The position numbers and the translations under genes were made by a program. A stretch of 64,000 nt of DNA from an uncultured Mycoplasmatota bacterium (GTDB lineage: Bacteria > Bacillota_I > Bacilli_A > RF39 > UBA660): contig USGP01000004.1 of NCBI GenBank assembly GCA_900554315.1, positions 4,174-68,173 of the forward strand, given 5' to 3'. A model generated the notes under the pieces. That model made no database searches, was not told the origin of the DNA, and saw nothing but the letters and a program-made list of their open reading frames with translations. Positions 47,601 through 55,831 of this stretch are shown here, piece after piece (position 1 is the stretch's first letter; each line of letters starts with the position of its first letter).

Positions 47601-49227
47601 CATAAGTATTGTCCATTGTTCTTGATAGTTCTAGGGTATCGATAACTGGATTGGTAAATGTTCCAAGATTGTACTTTTTATAAGCCATTTCTAGGAAAGA
47701 TACATCGAATTTTGCATTGTGGGCAACCATCGGACAGTCACCAAACCATTCGATAAATCTTTTTACAGCGTTTTCTTCGTTGTCTTTTCCTTCCAACATT
47801 TCATCTGTGATGTTTGTTACATCAATGATTTTTTGTGGAAGTGGACGTCCTGGGTTGATTAATTCATCATATCTTTCTAATATTTCACCATCTTTTATTT
47901 TAACAGCACCAATTTCAATAATAGAGTCAGCACCACCGGCGTTAAATCCTGTTGTTTCAAAGTCGAAAACAACATATGTCTGATCTAACATTACTTTGTC
48001 ATTTGGTCTTACAACTATATTTACAGTATCGTCAATTAACGTTAACTCTGCTCCATAAATAGCTTTAAATGGTTCTTCTCCCTCTTTTAGTTTTTTGTTA
48101 TAACTTGTTACAAAGTTAAAAACATGAGGAAAGGCTTGTACTCCATTGTGATCCGTAATAGCAATTGCTTTATGTCCCCATTTAATTGCTTGTTTTAATA
48201 GGGCTTCATCATCTACTACACCATCCATCTGACTCATTTTGGTATGACAATGTAGTTCTACTCTCTTTCTAGGAGCGTTGTCCATTACTATTTCTTGTTC
48301 TTTTTCTATTTTTATAATATCTCTAGCATTTAATACTAATTCTTTAGCAAATTGATCTTCTTTTGTATAACCTCTAATTTTAAACCAAGAACCTGCTTTT
48401 AGTTCTTTACATAACCTTTTATATTCATCATTATCTCTTACAAAGACTTTACAATAAATACTATCTGAATAGTCTGTAATTTTTAATGTAATGATTTTAA
48501 AATCTGTTTTACTTGATTCAAAGTAATCCGTACCAAATACATATCCTTCTACCACAACATTATTGTCTTCTCCAATTAAAGTTTTAATTTTTATTGGGTC
48601 TTCTTTGATACCTCGTCCAATAATACTATTCGGATCTTTTGGCTCTTTTCGATATTTTTTTTCTTTAGGTTGGCTAGGTTTTTCTTCTTCTTTTTTATGT
48701 TCTGGTACTTTGACTTTTACGACTAGATCTTGTTTGATTTCTTCTAAAATATTGTCTTCATGTCGCAATACTACTTCTATATTAAATTTATAACCTAGAT
48801 GTTTATATATTTCATTTATTTTATCTAATACATGTTCTAGTTTTTCTTTTTCTACTTCTGATGTTGCTACTAAAACTAAAAATCCATCCTCTATTCTTAA
48901 GGCGTCTGTATATATTTCTAATACTTTTAGTTCATCTTTTACTTGATTTAGTACATATGGGTAATATGTTAAATAAGTATTTACATCAATTGTTTCAATA
49001 TCCCAAATAATCGTAATTTCACTAGCTTTTTCATCTAATAGATGTTTTTTCTCTTCTAACTCTTCTATTACTTCTAATGGAAGTGCTGTAGGACTTGATA
49101 TAAATACTTCCCATGATTTTGTCTGTGAATGGATTCTGATTCTTGTTAATTTGGCATTAGAAAAATATGGATATTTTTCTTTATCCATATTTATTTTGTT
49201 TAACAAGATTTCCATTTTATCATTCAT
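44614..49227 (-). CDS. polC: DNA polymerase III PolC-type alpha subunit
   Basis: PHP motif (VELHCHTKMSQMDG), exonuclease motif (VVFDFETTG), pol core. Start taken at the second ATG, 8 nt after AGGGGG. Confidence 0.95.
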   Translation of the reverse strand: MNDKMEILLNKINMDKEKYPYFSNAKLTRIRIHSQTKSWEVFISSPTALPLEVIEELEEKKHLLDEKASEITIIWDIETIDVNTYLTYYPYVLNQVKDELKVLEIYTDALRIEDGFLVLVATSEVEKEKLEHVLDKINEIYKHLGYKFNIEVVLRHEDNILEEIKQDLVVKVKVPEHKKEEEKPSQPKEKKYRKEPKDPNSIIGRGIKEDPIKIKTLIGEDNNVVVEGYVFGTDYFESSKTDFKIITLKITDYSDSIYCKVFVRDNDEYKRLCKELKAGSWFKIRGYTKEDQFAKELVLNARDIIKIEKEQEIVMDNAPRKRVELHCHTKMSQMDGVVDDEALLKQAIKWGHKAIAITDHNGVQAFPHVFNFVTSYNKKLKEGEEPFKAIYGAELTLIDDTVNIVVRPNDKVMLDQTYVVFDFETTGFNAGGADSIIEIGAVKIKDGEILERYDELINPGRPLPQKIIDVTNITDEMLEGKDNEENAVKRFIEWFGDCPMVAHNAKFDVSFLEMAYKKYNLGTFTNPVIDTLELSRTMDNTYARHSLSALVKRYEVPWDESAHHRGDYDAEGTALVFHKMLKKLSNRNIETMDQLDTLVSKDEIHKYGRAYHVNLLVKNKTGLKNLFKIISLANTTYLYKTPRILRSEIEKHREGLLVGSGCYESEVFTLAKSKSEDELSNIIRFYDYVEVQPLECYNHLVQTGEFGTEVELAAHIEKIVRVTEEAGKIIVATGDVHHLTRDDKIYREIIVNQKVPGGGRHPLARNNITEIPSNHFRTTEEMLDDFKFLGEETAAKIVIDNTNKIADMVEIVEVIIDTGGIPFSPRVKSDDGKSYLDCPRVVTDLVYDKAKEWYGDPLPYSIEERISTELYGDIVFKTVKEQLEKENLSEDEFEKEVHKRLHDEIIKGVDNVKALVRQHIKDESEEELSEEELEKKLDKSLGGVIGGGFDPIYLIAQRLVKHSNDEGYLVGSRGSVGSSFVATLMGITEVNPLAAHYRCSKCKLSIFEDDEGNPLGATYSSGFDLPDKECPNCHIPMIKDGQDMPFATFLGFNADKVPDIDLNFSDLNQASAHAYTKVLFGENNVFRAGTIGTVAEKTAFGYVKGYCEEKGLEDMRTAEVERLAMGCTGVKRTTGQHPGGIVVIPDYMDVYDFTPYQYPADDVNAEWRTTHFDYHAIDQDVLKLDILGHSDPTQLRLIQLQSGTDIMKVPLDDKKTMSIFTSTEALGVTKEQIMCNTGTLGIPEFGTPFTIKLVEDTKPKTFAELIKISGLSHGTDVWLGNAQELIANNVVPFKDVIGCRDDIMVNLMYYGLEPIKAFKIMEFVRKGKASKDPETWKQHKKTMEDAKIPDWFINSCEKIKYMFPKAHAAAYVISAFRIAWYKVHMPVYFYSSWYSSKATDVDLDAMTKGYNAIKARLEDIQVKGYEATNKENGQAESLKVALEATARGIKFLNVDLYKSDATVWVAKNDTEIYPPFNAIEGLGDTVAKAIVAEREKQPFISIEDVQKRGKVSKTLIDKMESMGILKDLPDSNQLSLF

Positions 49228-49248
49228 ATTCATAGCCCCCTAACAGCA

Positions 49249-50088
49249 TTATATAATTTCTAGTTCATGTATTTTTACAATATATTTTTGATTCCTAATA
49301 CAAAAATCAATAAATTCTAATAAGTCCTTTTTCTTTAATTCTTTTTCATAAGGATATTTATCAATATCAAAAGCAATCTTATCTCTCATCATTAGATTCA
49401 TCATTTCTTCTTTATCGGTTCCTAAGTACATTAACCAGTAAGGATAAATTTGTCTTTTTAAATAGTTAAGTGTTGGATCTCCAGTTAAGTAATGACTCCT
49501 TCCTGTCAATCTTGTTGGATATTCATTTAAGATTGCTAGTTCAATTACAGCATCAACAATTTCTTTATATTCTACTTTGTAATCTTGTAGTTCTTTTTTT
49601 AAGATTCTAAAGATTAATTCTACTAGTAGTTTTAATGAAGTGTCAACAGTTACTTTTTTTCCTAATACAATTGTATTTATTTTAGCATCTTTTGGTGTTG
49701 TGGTATCCATAATATCTAATTGATCAGATACTACTAATACTTCATATGGTTTCCAATCTATTTTGGTAATTGCTTTTAATATTTTATTTGTTTCTTTTTT
49801 ATTATCATCCCATATTTTTAATACTTGATTACGATATTTTTCTGTATTTTTTTTGATTCTATCATATTCTTTTGTCTCTAACATAATATTATATATTCCA
49901 TCGTCATTTGGGATAAAGTTTTTAGGGTCTTTTAACATTACTTCTTTATCACGATATGTTGCGTTATATTCTTGTTTATAATTAATCCATAATTTTTGCT
50001 TTAATTTATGGATACTCTCATTTATTGAAGCTTGAAACAATAAGTTCCAGATTAATACATAATCATTTACTACAAACTTTAGATTCAC
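49249..50088 (-). CDS. Hypothetical protein (279 aa)
   Basis: GTG start with AGGAGG Shine-Dalgarno; no motif recognised. Confidence 0.65.
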   Translation of the reverse strand: MNLKFVVNDYVLIWNLLFQASINESIHKLKQKLWINYKQEYNATYRDKEVMLKDPKNFIPNDDGIYNIMLETKEYDRIKKNTEKYRNQVLKIWDDNKKETNKILKAITKIDWKPYEVLVVSDQLDIMDTTTPKDAKINTIVLGKKVTVDTSLKLLVELIFRILKKELQDYKVEYKEIVDAVIELAILNEYPTRLTGRSHYLTGDPTLNYLKRQIYPYWLMYLGTDKEEMMNLMMRDKIAFDIDKYPYEKELKKKDLLEFIDFCIRNQKYIVKIHELEII

Positions 50089-50182
50089 AGCTATTCCTCC
50101 TACATCCTATACCTATTAATATATCACAAAATAGGAAATGTTGGGAATAGTTCCAGTAAAAAAATACTCAAAAATTTGAGTA

Positions 50183-51136
50183 TTAAAATAAATTCTTATA
50201 TATGAAAAATCCTGCTACTACAATAACGGCAATAATTAATATTATTAATGCTATTTTTAAAGCTACTGGCATAGACTTTTCTTTGAACTCATCATCCATT
50301 TCAAAATCTTTGTCTGATAAATCCATACTTCTTGTATAAAAGTCAGTATCTGATTCATCCATAATACTTCCGGTCTTCTTTTCTTCTTTTAATTGATTTA
50401 CTTTTTCAATTTGCTCTTTGTCTAATATTTCTTTAGATAAAGATAATCTTTCTTCTGTGTCATCATCACTAAAGGTATCATCCATGTTATCTTCATCTGG
50501 AATATCATCATCTTCTTCTGGTTCTTTTGGTTTTTCATCTGGTTCTGGTTTTTCTACTCGATCCATTATGTTTGTTGCCATTAAGTCACTAAGTAAATCA
50601 ACACTTGTTGCTTGATCGATTTCTCCAGCTAAAGTTTTAGAAGTAATTGTATCAATTAAATCTCTAAGTTCTCCTTCATCTGGTTTTGTTCTTTCTACTT
50701 TTTCTTTTCTATATTTTTCTAACTCTTCTGGGTTTAGGCTAGCTAGTATATTATAATTTGTATTTTTTAGTTTTCTTTTGGCTTCTAATTCATCTTTTTG
50801 TACTCTGTTCTTTTTGGCTTCAGCAATTACGCTATTAATGTCATAGATTTTATTTTCATGGTCTTGATATAAATAATTAAAATTATCTAATTCTTTTTTT
50901 ACTTTTGGTTCTTGAATGAAGGTATCACTATATTCTTTCATCTGATGATATCCTTCTCGAGTACGATAGTTTTTTTGAGCAGTACCTAAATCGATGGCAT
51001 TGGCATTGGTTACATCTGTAAAGTTTGTATATTTGGTATTACGTCCTATATTTTCATACAACTCTTGATTTTTATTAGATCTACGTGCCATTTCTTGTCC
51101 TTCTCTTTGTTGATAGCGTTCCATTCTGCTTCTCAT
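50183..51136 (-). CDS. Hypothetical acidic protein with a C-terminal TM anchor
   Basis: Start trimmed to ATG 51134-36, after AGGAAGGTGA; C-terminal TM ALKIALIILIIAVIVVAGFFIY. Confidence 0.65.
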   Translation of the reverse strand: MRSRMERYQQREGQEMARRSNKNQELYENIGRNTKYTNFTDVTNANAIDLGTAQKNYRTREGYHQMKEYSDTFIQEPKVKKELDNFNYLYQDHENKIYDINSVIAEAKKNRVQKDELEAKRKLKNTNYNILASLNPEELEKYRKEKVERTKPDEGELRDLIDTITSKTLAGEIDQATSVDLLSDLMATNIMDRVEKPEPDEKPKEPEEDDDIPDEDNMDDTFSDDDTEERLSLSKEILDKEQIEKVNQLKEEKKTGSIMDESDTDFYTRSMDLSDKDFEMDDEFKEKSMPVALKIALIILIIAVIVVAGFFIYKNLF

Positions 51137-51251
51137 ACCGCTCACCTTCCTATACTTAAGTTTATCACACCTTAGTTAAAAACAAAAGAACTAATTAGTC
51201 CTTTACGTCAAACAATTTTTCTTGTATAATTAGGTGGAAGGAGAGATTAAA

Positions 51252-51443
51252 ATGAAAGTAAAAGTAAATAGAGATAGTTGCATCGGATGTGGTGCTTGTG
51301 CAGCAATTTGTGATGATGTTTTTGAAATAGATGATGAAGGACTTTCTACTGTAAAAAAAGAAGAAGTAGAAGATGACAAAAAGCAAGAAGTTCAAGATGC
51401 TGCTGATAGTTGTCCTACTGGTGCTATTGAAGTAGACGAATAA
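51252..51443 (+). CDS. Small single-cluster ferredoxin
   Basis: CIGCGACAAIC ... DSCPTGAI; start trimmed to MKVKVNRDSC. Confidence 0.85.
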   Translation: MKVKVNRDSCIGCGACAAICDDVFEIDDEGLSTVKKEEVEDDKKQEVQDAADSCPTGAIEVDE

Positions 51444-51461
51444 TTTTATTCGTCTTTTTTT
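51435..51461 (+). terminator. Terminator after the ferredoxin gene
   Basis: GACGAATA-attt-TATTCGTC hairpin followed by a T7 run. Confidence 0.75.
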
Positions 51462-51501
51462 ATGCTCTATTCTCTGCTATACTTATACTAGAGGTGGGAG
51501 T

Positions 51502-52053
51502 ATGAAGTGTCCAAGATGTGGAAAAAAAATGTCCAAAGATAGTAGTCATACCTTCTGTACCCATTGTGGGTATTTAGACGATGGAAAACAGATTCATGGT
51601 TATGGAGATGAAAAAGCTAGCGACTTAGAGATTTATTTAGGAAAAGACTTTGATAAGATTTGGAGGAATGAAAACTGGTTTACTAGTCTTGTTTTAGGTC
51701 CTTTATATTTATGCTACCGTGGTTTTATTTTCTTAGGGCTTTTTTTCATGCCTTTGGAATGGTTATTTTGGGCATTGATGTATAGTTCATTTTCTCATTT
51801 TCGTTATGTTTTGTTGGTTATTGCTATTATATTATCTAGAGCATTCTTTATGGGAATCAATAATATGATTTGTATCTATTTTTATAATAGACAAATTCAA
51901 AAAATTAAAAAGAAATATCCAGATACTTACCTAGAAGAGCTTAGGAAAAACAATGGTCATATCAATCATTATATGTCATTTTTTATAGCTGTATTACTTT
52001 TTGCCCTTTTTGTTATTTCTTTTATTCTTATCTATAATTATTTATGGGGATAA
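51502..52053 (+). CDS. Zinc-ribbon membrane protein, paralogue A
   Basis: MKCPRCGKKM...FCTHCGY, then about 4 TM; GGTGGGAG Shine-Dalgarno. Confidence 0.7.
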   Translation: MKCPRCGKKMSKDSSHTFCTHCGYLDDGKQIHGYGDEKASDLEIYLGKDFDKIWRNENWFTSLVLGPLYLCYRGFIFLGLFFMPLEWLFWALMYSSFSHFRYVLLVIAIILSRAFFMGINNMICIYFYNRQIQKIKKKYPDTYLEELRKNNGHINHYMSFFIAVLLFALFVISFILIYNYLWG

Positions 52054-52080
52054 TTATTTTTTATAAGTAGGAGGTACCTT

Positions 52081-52620
52081 ATGAGATGTCCTAGATGTGG
52101 AAAAGATATGTCAACTTCTAAAAGTCATGTATTTTGTACGCGTTGTGGCTATTTAGATAACGGAGAACAAATTCATGGTTATGAAGAATATCAAGCTAGT
52201 GATTTAGAAATTTATTTAGGGAACGATTATGATAGTATTGTTCGGAATAATAATGCAAAGTCGTGCTTTTTCTTAGGACCACTTTATTTTTTAGTACGGG
52301 GTTTTCTTCTTTTAGGAACTCTTTTGCAAGCTTTAGAAATCTATATTTGGTACCTTATTGTTCAATTTGGAGAAAATATTATTTTAGTTTTTCTTGGGAT
52401 ATTAATTACTAGAACGATAGCTATGATTAGTTATAATCCATTATGCGTCTTTTTATATCGTATAAAGATTAAAGCATTAAAAAAGAAGTATCCTGCTTCT
52501 TATTTGGAGTATTTAAGAAAAAATACTCATAACTCTATTAGCGGTCTTGGTATTTTGTTAATTTTACTTTTCTTTATTACACTTATTGTTTGTTTTTATA
52601 TTCTTTATTCATCCATGTAA
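52081..52620 (+). CDS. Zinc-ribbon membrane protein, paralogue B
   Basis: MRCPRCGKDM...FCTRCGY, with the same layout as the upstream gene (QIHGY..(E/Q)ASDLEIYLG shared). Confidence 0.7.
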   Translation: MRCPRCGKDMSTSKSHVFCTRCGYLDNGEQIHGYEEYQASDLEIYLGNDYDSIVRNNNAKSCFFLGPLYFLVRGFLLLGTLLQALEIYIWYLIVQFGENIILVFLGILITRTIAMISYNPLCVFLYRIKIKALKKKYPASYLEYLRKNTHNSISGLGILLILLFFITLIVCFYILYSSM

Positions 52621-52650
52621 AAAATTCCCTTAATGGGAATTTTCTTTTTG
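52619..52650. terminator. Bidirectional terminator between convergent genes
   Basis: AATTCCC-ttaat-GGGAATT hairpin with flanking A and T runs. Confidence 0.65.
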
Positions 52651-53358
52651 TTCTAAGGCATATACTTTTGCTACTTCTTTTGGAGTTAATTTTCTATATT
52701 CTCCTGATTGTAAATTTTTTAAATCAAAAAATGCTTCTTTTTCTCTTTTTAACTTTTCTACTTGGAATCCTACTGCTTCAAACATTTTCTTTACTTGATG
52801 ATTTTTTCCTTCATGAATCGTTATTTGTACCATACAAGTATTTGATTTGTCATTTACTTTTTTTAATTTTACACGAGATGCTTTCAATGTTTCTCCATCT
52901 ACTTCTACTCCATCTTTTAATTTGTTAATTTGCTCGCCTTTGATAATTCCATTTAATTTTGCCATATATACTTTATCTACTTTTTCACTTGGATGCATTA
53001 AAATATTAGCAAATTCTCCATCGTTAGTTAATAAAAGTACTCCAGTTGTATCATAATCTAGTCTTCCTACTGGGTAGATTCTAGCATTGGTAGGAATTAA
53101 GTCTACTACAGTTTTTCTATGATGTTCATCACTTGTTGAGGTGACCACTCCTCTTGGTTTATTTAATAAATAATATTCTTTGGGCTCTTTTTCGATGGGT
53201 TTTCCATTTACTTCTACTCTATCTTTATGAGATACTTTTGTACCTAGTTCTGTTATTACTTCTCCATTCACTTTTACTTTTCCGGCTGTGATTAATTCTT
53301 CGGCTTTTCTTCTTGATGTAATTCCTGCTTCTGCAATTACTTTTTGTAGTCTTTCCAT
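52630..53358 (-). CDS. rluB: RsuA/RluB-family rRNA pseudouridine synthase with S4 domain
   Basis: RLQKVIAEAGITSRRKAEELI (S4) and GRLDYDTTGVLLLTNDG catalytic motif. Confidence 0.85.
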   Translation of the reverse strand: MERLQKVIAEAGITSRRKAEELITAGKVKVNGEVITELGTKVSHKDRVEVNGKPIEKEPKEYYLLNKPRGVVTSTSDEHHRKTVVDLIPTNARIYPVGRLDYDTTGVLLLTNDGEFANILMHPSEKVDKVYMAKLNGIIKGEQINKLKDGVEVDGETLKASRVKLKKVNDKSNTCMVQITIHEGKNHQVKKMFEAVGFQVEKLKREKEAFFDLKNLQSGEYRKLTPKEVAKVYALEQKENSH

Positions 53359-53520
53359 AGTATCACCTATTCTTTCTTCTGCTTTTTCTTGAAATTACGG
53401 GCTATATATTATCATACTATTTTTGAATTTACTAGTATTTTCTAGTCCTTGTATGTATTATATCATAATTCTTACACGGATTTTTTCTTTTTACATACAT
53501 TATCATAAAGGAGTGTTAAT

Positions 53521-53793
53521 ATGATGTATTCTACTAATAATTATGGAGTACCCACTACTTATGAGACTCGTGTATATGAAGGTATGCCTTATTCTACAGC
53601 TGTTCCTACAGAAGGAATTTCTCCTGATGGAGAAAGATTTTTCTTAGCCCCATTTTTAGTTGGTGGTCTTGCTGGTACAGCACTAGGATATGGCATCGCT
53701 AATAACAATCAAATCAACCGTCCTCCTATGATGTTTCCTCCAATAATGTATCCTACTCCATATCCAGTTTATACAACCAATTATTATTACTAA
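53521..53793 (+). CDS. 90-aa Tyr/Pro-rich protein with one central TM
   Basis: AAAGGAG Shine-Dalgarno; FFLAPFLVGGLAGTALGYGIA helix; C-terminus PPMMFPPIMYPTPYPVYTTNYYY. Confidence 0.6.
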   Translation: MMYSTNNYGVPTTYETRVYEGMPYSTAVPTEGISPDGERFFLAPFLVGGLAGTALGYGIANNNQINRPPMMFPPIMYPTPYPVYTTNYYY

Positions 53794-53817
53794 AGCTTCG
53801 GCTTTAGTTTTCTTTTA
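53792..53817 (+). terminator. Probable terminator
   Basis: AAAGC-ttcg-GCTTT hairpin followed by a T-rich tract; overlaps the 3' end of the convergent kinase gene. Confidence 0.45.
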
Positions 53818-55045
53818 ATGGTAAAAGTATGGTGACTTTGGTACCTTTTCCCACTTGAGATTGATAATTTATAGTTCCATGATGTTGCTCAATAATTTCC
53901 TTTGATAACGCTACTCCAATACCAGTACCATGTTCTTTTGTAGTATAAAACACTTTATAAATCTTATCTAAATTTTCTTTTGAAATTCCTGTTCCTGTAT
54001 CTTCAATTTTAATTTGAATTTCATCTTTTAACTTCTTTACTGTCGTTATTATTTTTAGTTTTCTTTTATCATCTTTGGCTTCTATAGAATTTTTTATTAA
54101 ATTTACAATTACTTGTTTCATTCTATTATAGTCTAATTTGGTATATAATTCTTCCTCTTTTATATTAAAAGATGATTCCACTTCTTTTTCTTTTAATAAT
54201 GGTGCTAGAGTTTCTTCTATATCCTCTAATAAAACTGCCATATCTACTTCTTCTTTTTCTATTTTTAATTTTCCATAATCAGAAAAATCATTAATGATTA
54301 ATAATGTCCTATCTATTTCTTCTTTGATAATTGGTAAATATTTCTTTAATTTTTCTTTGTTTTTGATATTTAACATTTCTAAATATCCTTTACAAACAGC
54401 TATTGGATTTTTTATTTCATGAGTCAATTTAAATAAAGCCATCTTTAGTTCTTTTTCTTTTTCTAGTTTTTGATAAGCTTTATTCTTTTCTATAATTTCT
54501 TCTCCTTCTTTTAAGAGCCATAAAATACTACTCATTGTTAATATTAATAAAAAAATAACAAAAATTAAATATAGAAGAGTTTGCGTTTTTGGATAACTAT
54601 TTGTATTTTTTAAGCAAATACAACAAGCGATTAGAAAAGATTTTATACCAATAAAACTATTTAATAGGATATTGTTTTTGGAGTGTTTTTTTAATAGAAT
54701 TAAATAAATTATTAAGTAGATACTATATTCTATTACTTCATACATAATAGGAATGTTTAATACTAGATAATAATAGTATATCGTAACGATTGATAAAAAG
54801 ATAATTAGTAAAGTTCTTCTTTTCATATAAGCAATCAATAATGGGAAATTAATTAAAATTAAACTAGCTACAGATTCTTCTTCTCCTGTATATCGAATCA
54901 TTAAAAACATAGAAGAAAAAATAGCTAAATCTAGTACTATTTTTTCTTCCTTGGTATTATTTTTATAGCTCATATAAATTGCATATAATAAAAATGGAAA
55001 TAGTAAAAAAATTAAATTTGTAATTAAAGATTCAAAAATCGACAT
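53804..55045 (-). CDS. Orphan sensor histidine kinase (multi-TM sensor, HisKA plus HATPase)
   Basis: About 6 TM; H-box LTHEIKNPIAV; N-box VIVNLIKNSIEA; G-boxes EDTGTGI and GTGIGVALS. No response regulator is adjacent. Confidence 0.85.
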   Translation of the reverse strand: MSIFESLITNLIFLLFPFLLYAIYMSYKNNTKEEKIVLDLAIFSSMFLMIRYTGEEESVASLILINFPLLIAYMKRRTLLIIFLSIVTIYYYYLVLNIPIMYEVIEYSIYLIIYLILLKKHSKNNILLNSFIGIKSFLIACCICLKNTNSYPKTQTLLYLIFVIFLLILTMSSILWLLKEGEEIIEKNKAYQKLEKEKELKMALFKLTHEIKNPIAVCKGYLEMLNIKNKEKLKKYLPIIKEEIDRTLLIINDFSDYGKLKIEKEEVDMAVLLEDIEETLAPLLKEKEVESSFNIKEEELYTKLDYNRMKQVIVNLIKNSIEAKDDKRKLKIITTVKKLKDEIQIKIEDTGTGISKENLDKIYKVFYTTKEHGTGIGVALSKEIIEQHHGTINYQSQVGKGTKVTILLPLKEN

Positions 55046-55076
55046 AATATCACCTTTTTTTATTTTATCTTATAGC

Positions 55077-55093
55077 TTTGTCGAATTTTGTCG
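55077..55093 (+). promoter_or_regulatory. Tandem TTTGTCG repeats with 10-bp phasing; the first contains a perfect Spo0A-box heptamer TGTCGAA
   Basis: ctTTGTCGAAtTTTGTCGTT lies in the divergent kinase/XRE intergenic region. Confidence 0.35.
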
Positions 55094-55179
55094 TTTTTTG
55101 AAATCTTATTTTCTTTGTTTACCGCCTGTTTACATACTATTTTTTTACTTTGTTTCATAATGATGTTATGGTGATTGCA

Positions 55180-55428
55180 ATGTATGAAGTTAATATTTAT
55201 GAACAAGTTTCTAGAAATATTAAGAAGTACAGAAAAGAAGCAGGTATGACGCAAGCTCAATTAGCAGAAGCTATTGGAGTATCTCATGAATTTATTCGTA
55301 GAATTGAATCTAAAAAAGGTAAAAAAACATTTTCTTTTCAAACACTTTGGAATATTTCTAATGTATTACATATTAGTCTAGATCAATTAGCTGAAATTGA
55401 CCTTGAAGAGTTAAAACAAAAACATTAA
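55180..55428 (+). CDS. XRE-family helix-turn-helix transcriptional regulator
   Basis: MTQAQLAEAIGVSHEFIRRIE HTH motif. Start chosen at ATG 55180, 5 nt after GGTGA (the ORF-track start is a TTG). Confidence 0.75.
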   Translation: MYEVNIYEQVSRNIKKYRKEAGMTQAQLAEAIGVSHEFIRRIESKKGKKTFSFQTLWNISNVLHISLDQLAEIDLEELKQKH

Positions 55429-55441
55429 CTCTTTTTTTTTG

Positions 55442-55470
55442 CAAAAAAAAAATGGATTATTTCAATCCAT
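55442..55470 (-). terminator. Rho-independent terminator ending the cargo operon
   Basis: ATGGATT-gaaat-AATCCAT hairpin followed by a T10 run on the minus strand. Confidence 0.75.
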
Positions 55471-55777
55471 CTATATATTTCTTTAATTGTTTTGACTCTG
55501 GTCCTAAAATAATTTTTAATTGGTTATCTATTTCTACAATTCCTTTAGCACCTAATTTTTGAATTCCTTCCTTATTGGCTTTGCTAACATCTTTTAATGT
55601 TACTTTAAAGCGGGATAAGTTGGTTTCTGTATCAATTATATTATCCTTTCCACCTAATAGTTCTACTAATTTATTGAAATCTAAATTAGCGTCTTTTTTG
55701 GTTGCTTTTAATATTGCTAATAAAATAATTATTAGAACAACAGCAATAATTAAATATTGTATTATATTCATATTCAT
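55457..55777 (-). CDS. Membrane-tethered PTS EIIB(Glc)-like domain lacking the phospho-cysteine
   Basis: N-terminal TM, then LLGGKDNIIDTETNLSRFKVTLKD, which aligns without gaps to the EIIB consensus NIxxxxHCxTRLRxxxxD with Cys replaced by Asn. Confidence 0.7.
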   Translation of the reverse strand: MNMNIIQYLIIAVVLIIILLAILKATKKDANLDFNKLVELLGGKDNIIDTETNLSRFKVTLKDVSKANKEGIQKLGAKGIVEIDNQLKIILGPESKQLKKYIDGLK

Positions 55778-55831
55778 AATTCTTTCACCATCTTTATTAT
55801 ACTATATTATTTTAGAAAAGAAAACTATTAA

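Noticed and set aside
51195-51395. 66-aa minus-strand ORF
   Set aside because: Antisense to the ferredoxin gene; Phe/Ile-rich, with no Shine-Dalgarno.
55060-55260. 66-aa minus-strand ORF in the kinase/XRE intergenic region
   Set aside because: It overlaps the XRE start, has no Shine-Dalgarno, and is better explained as promoter DNA.
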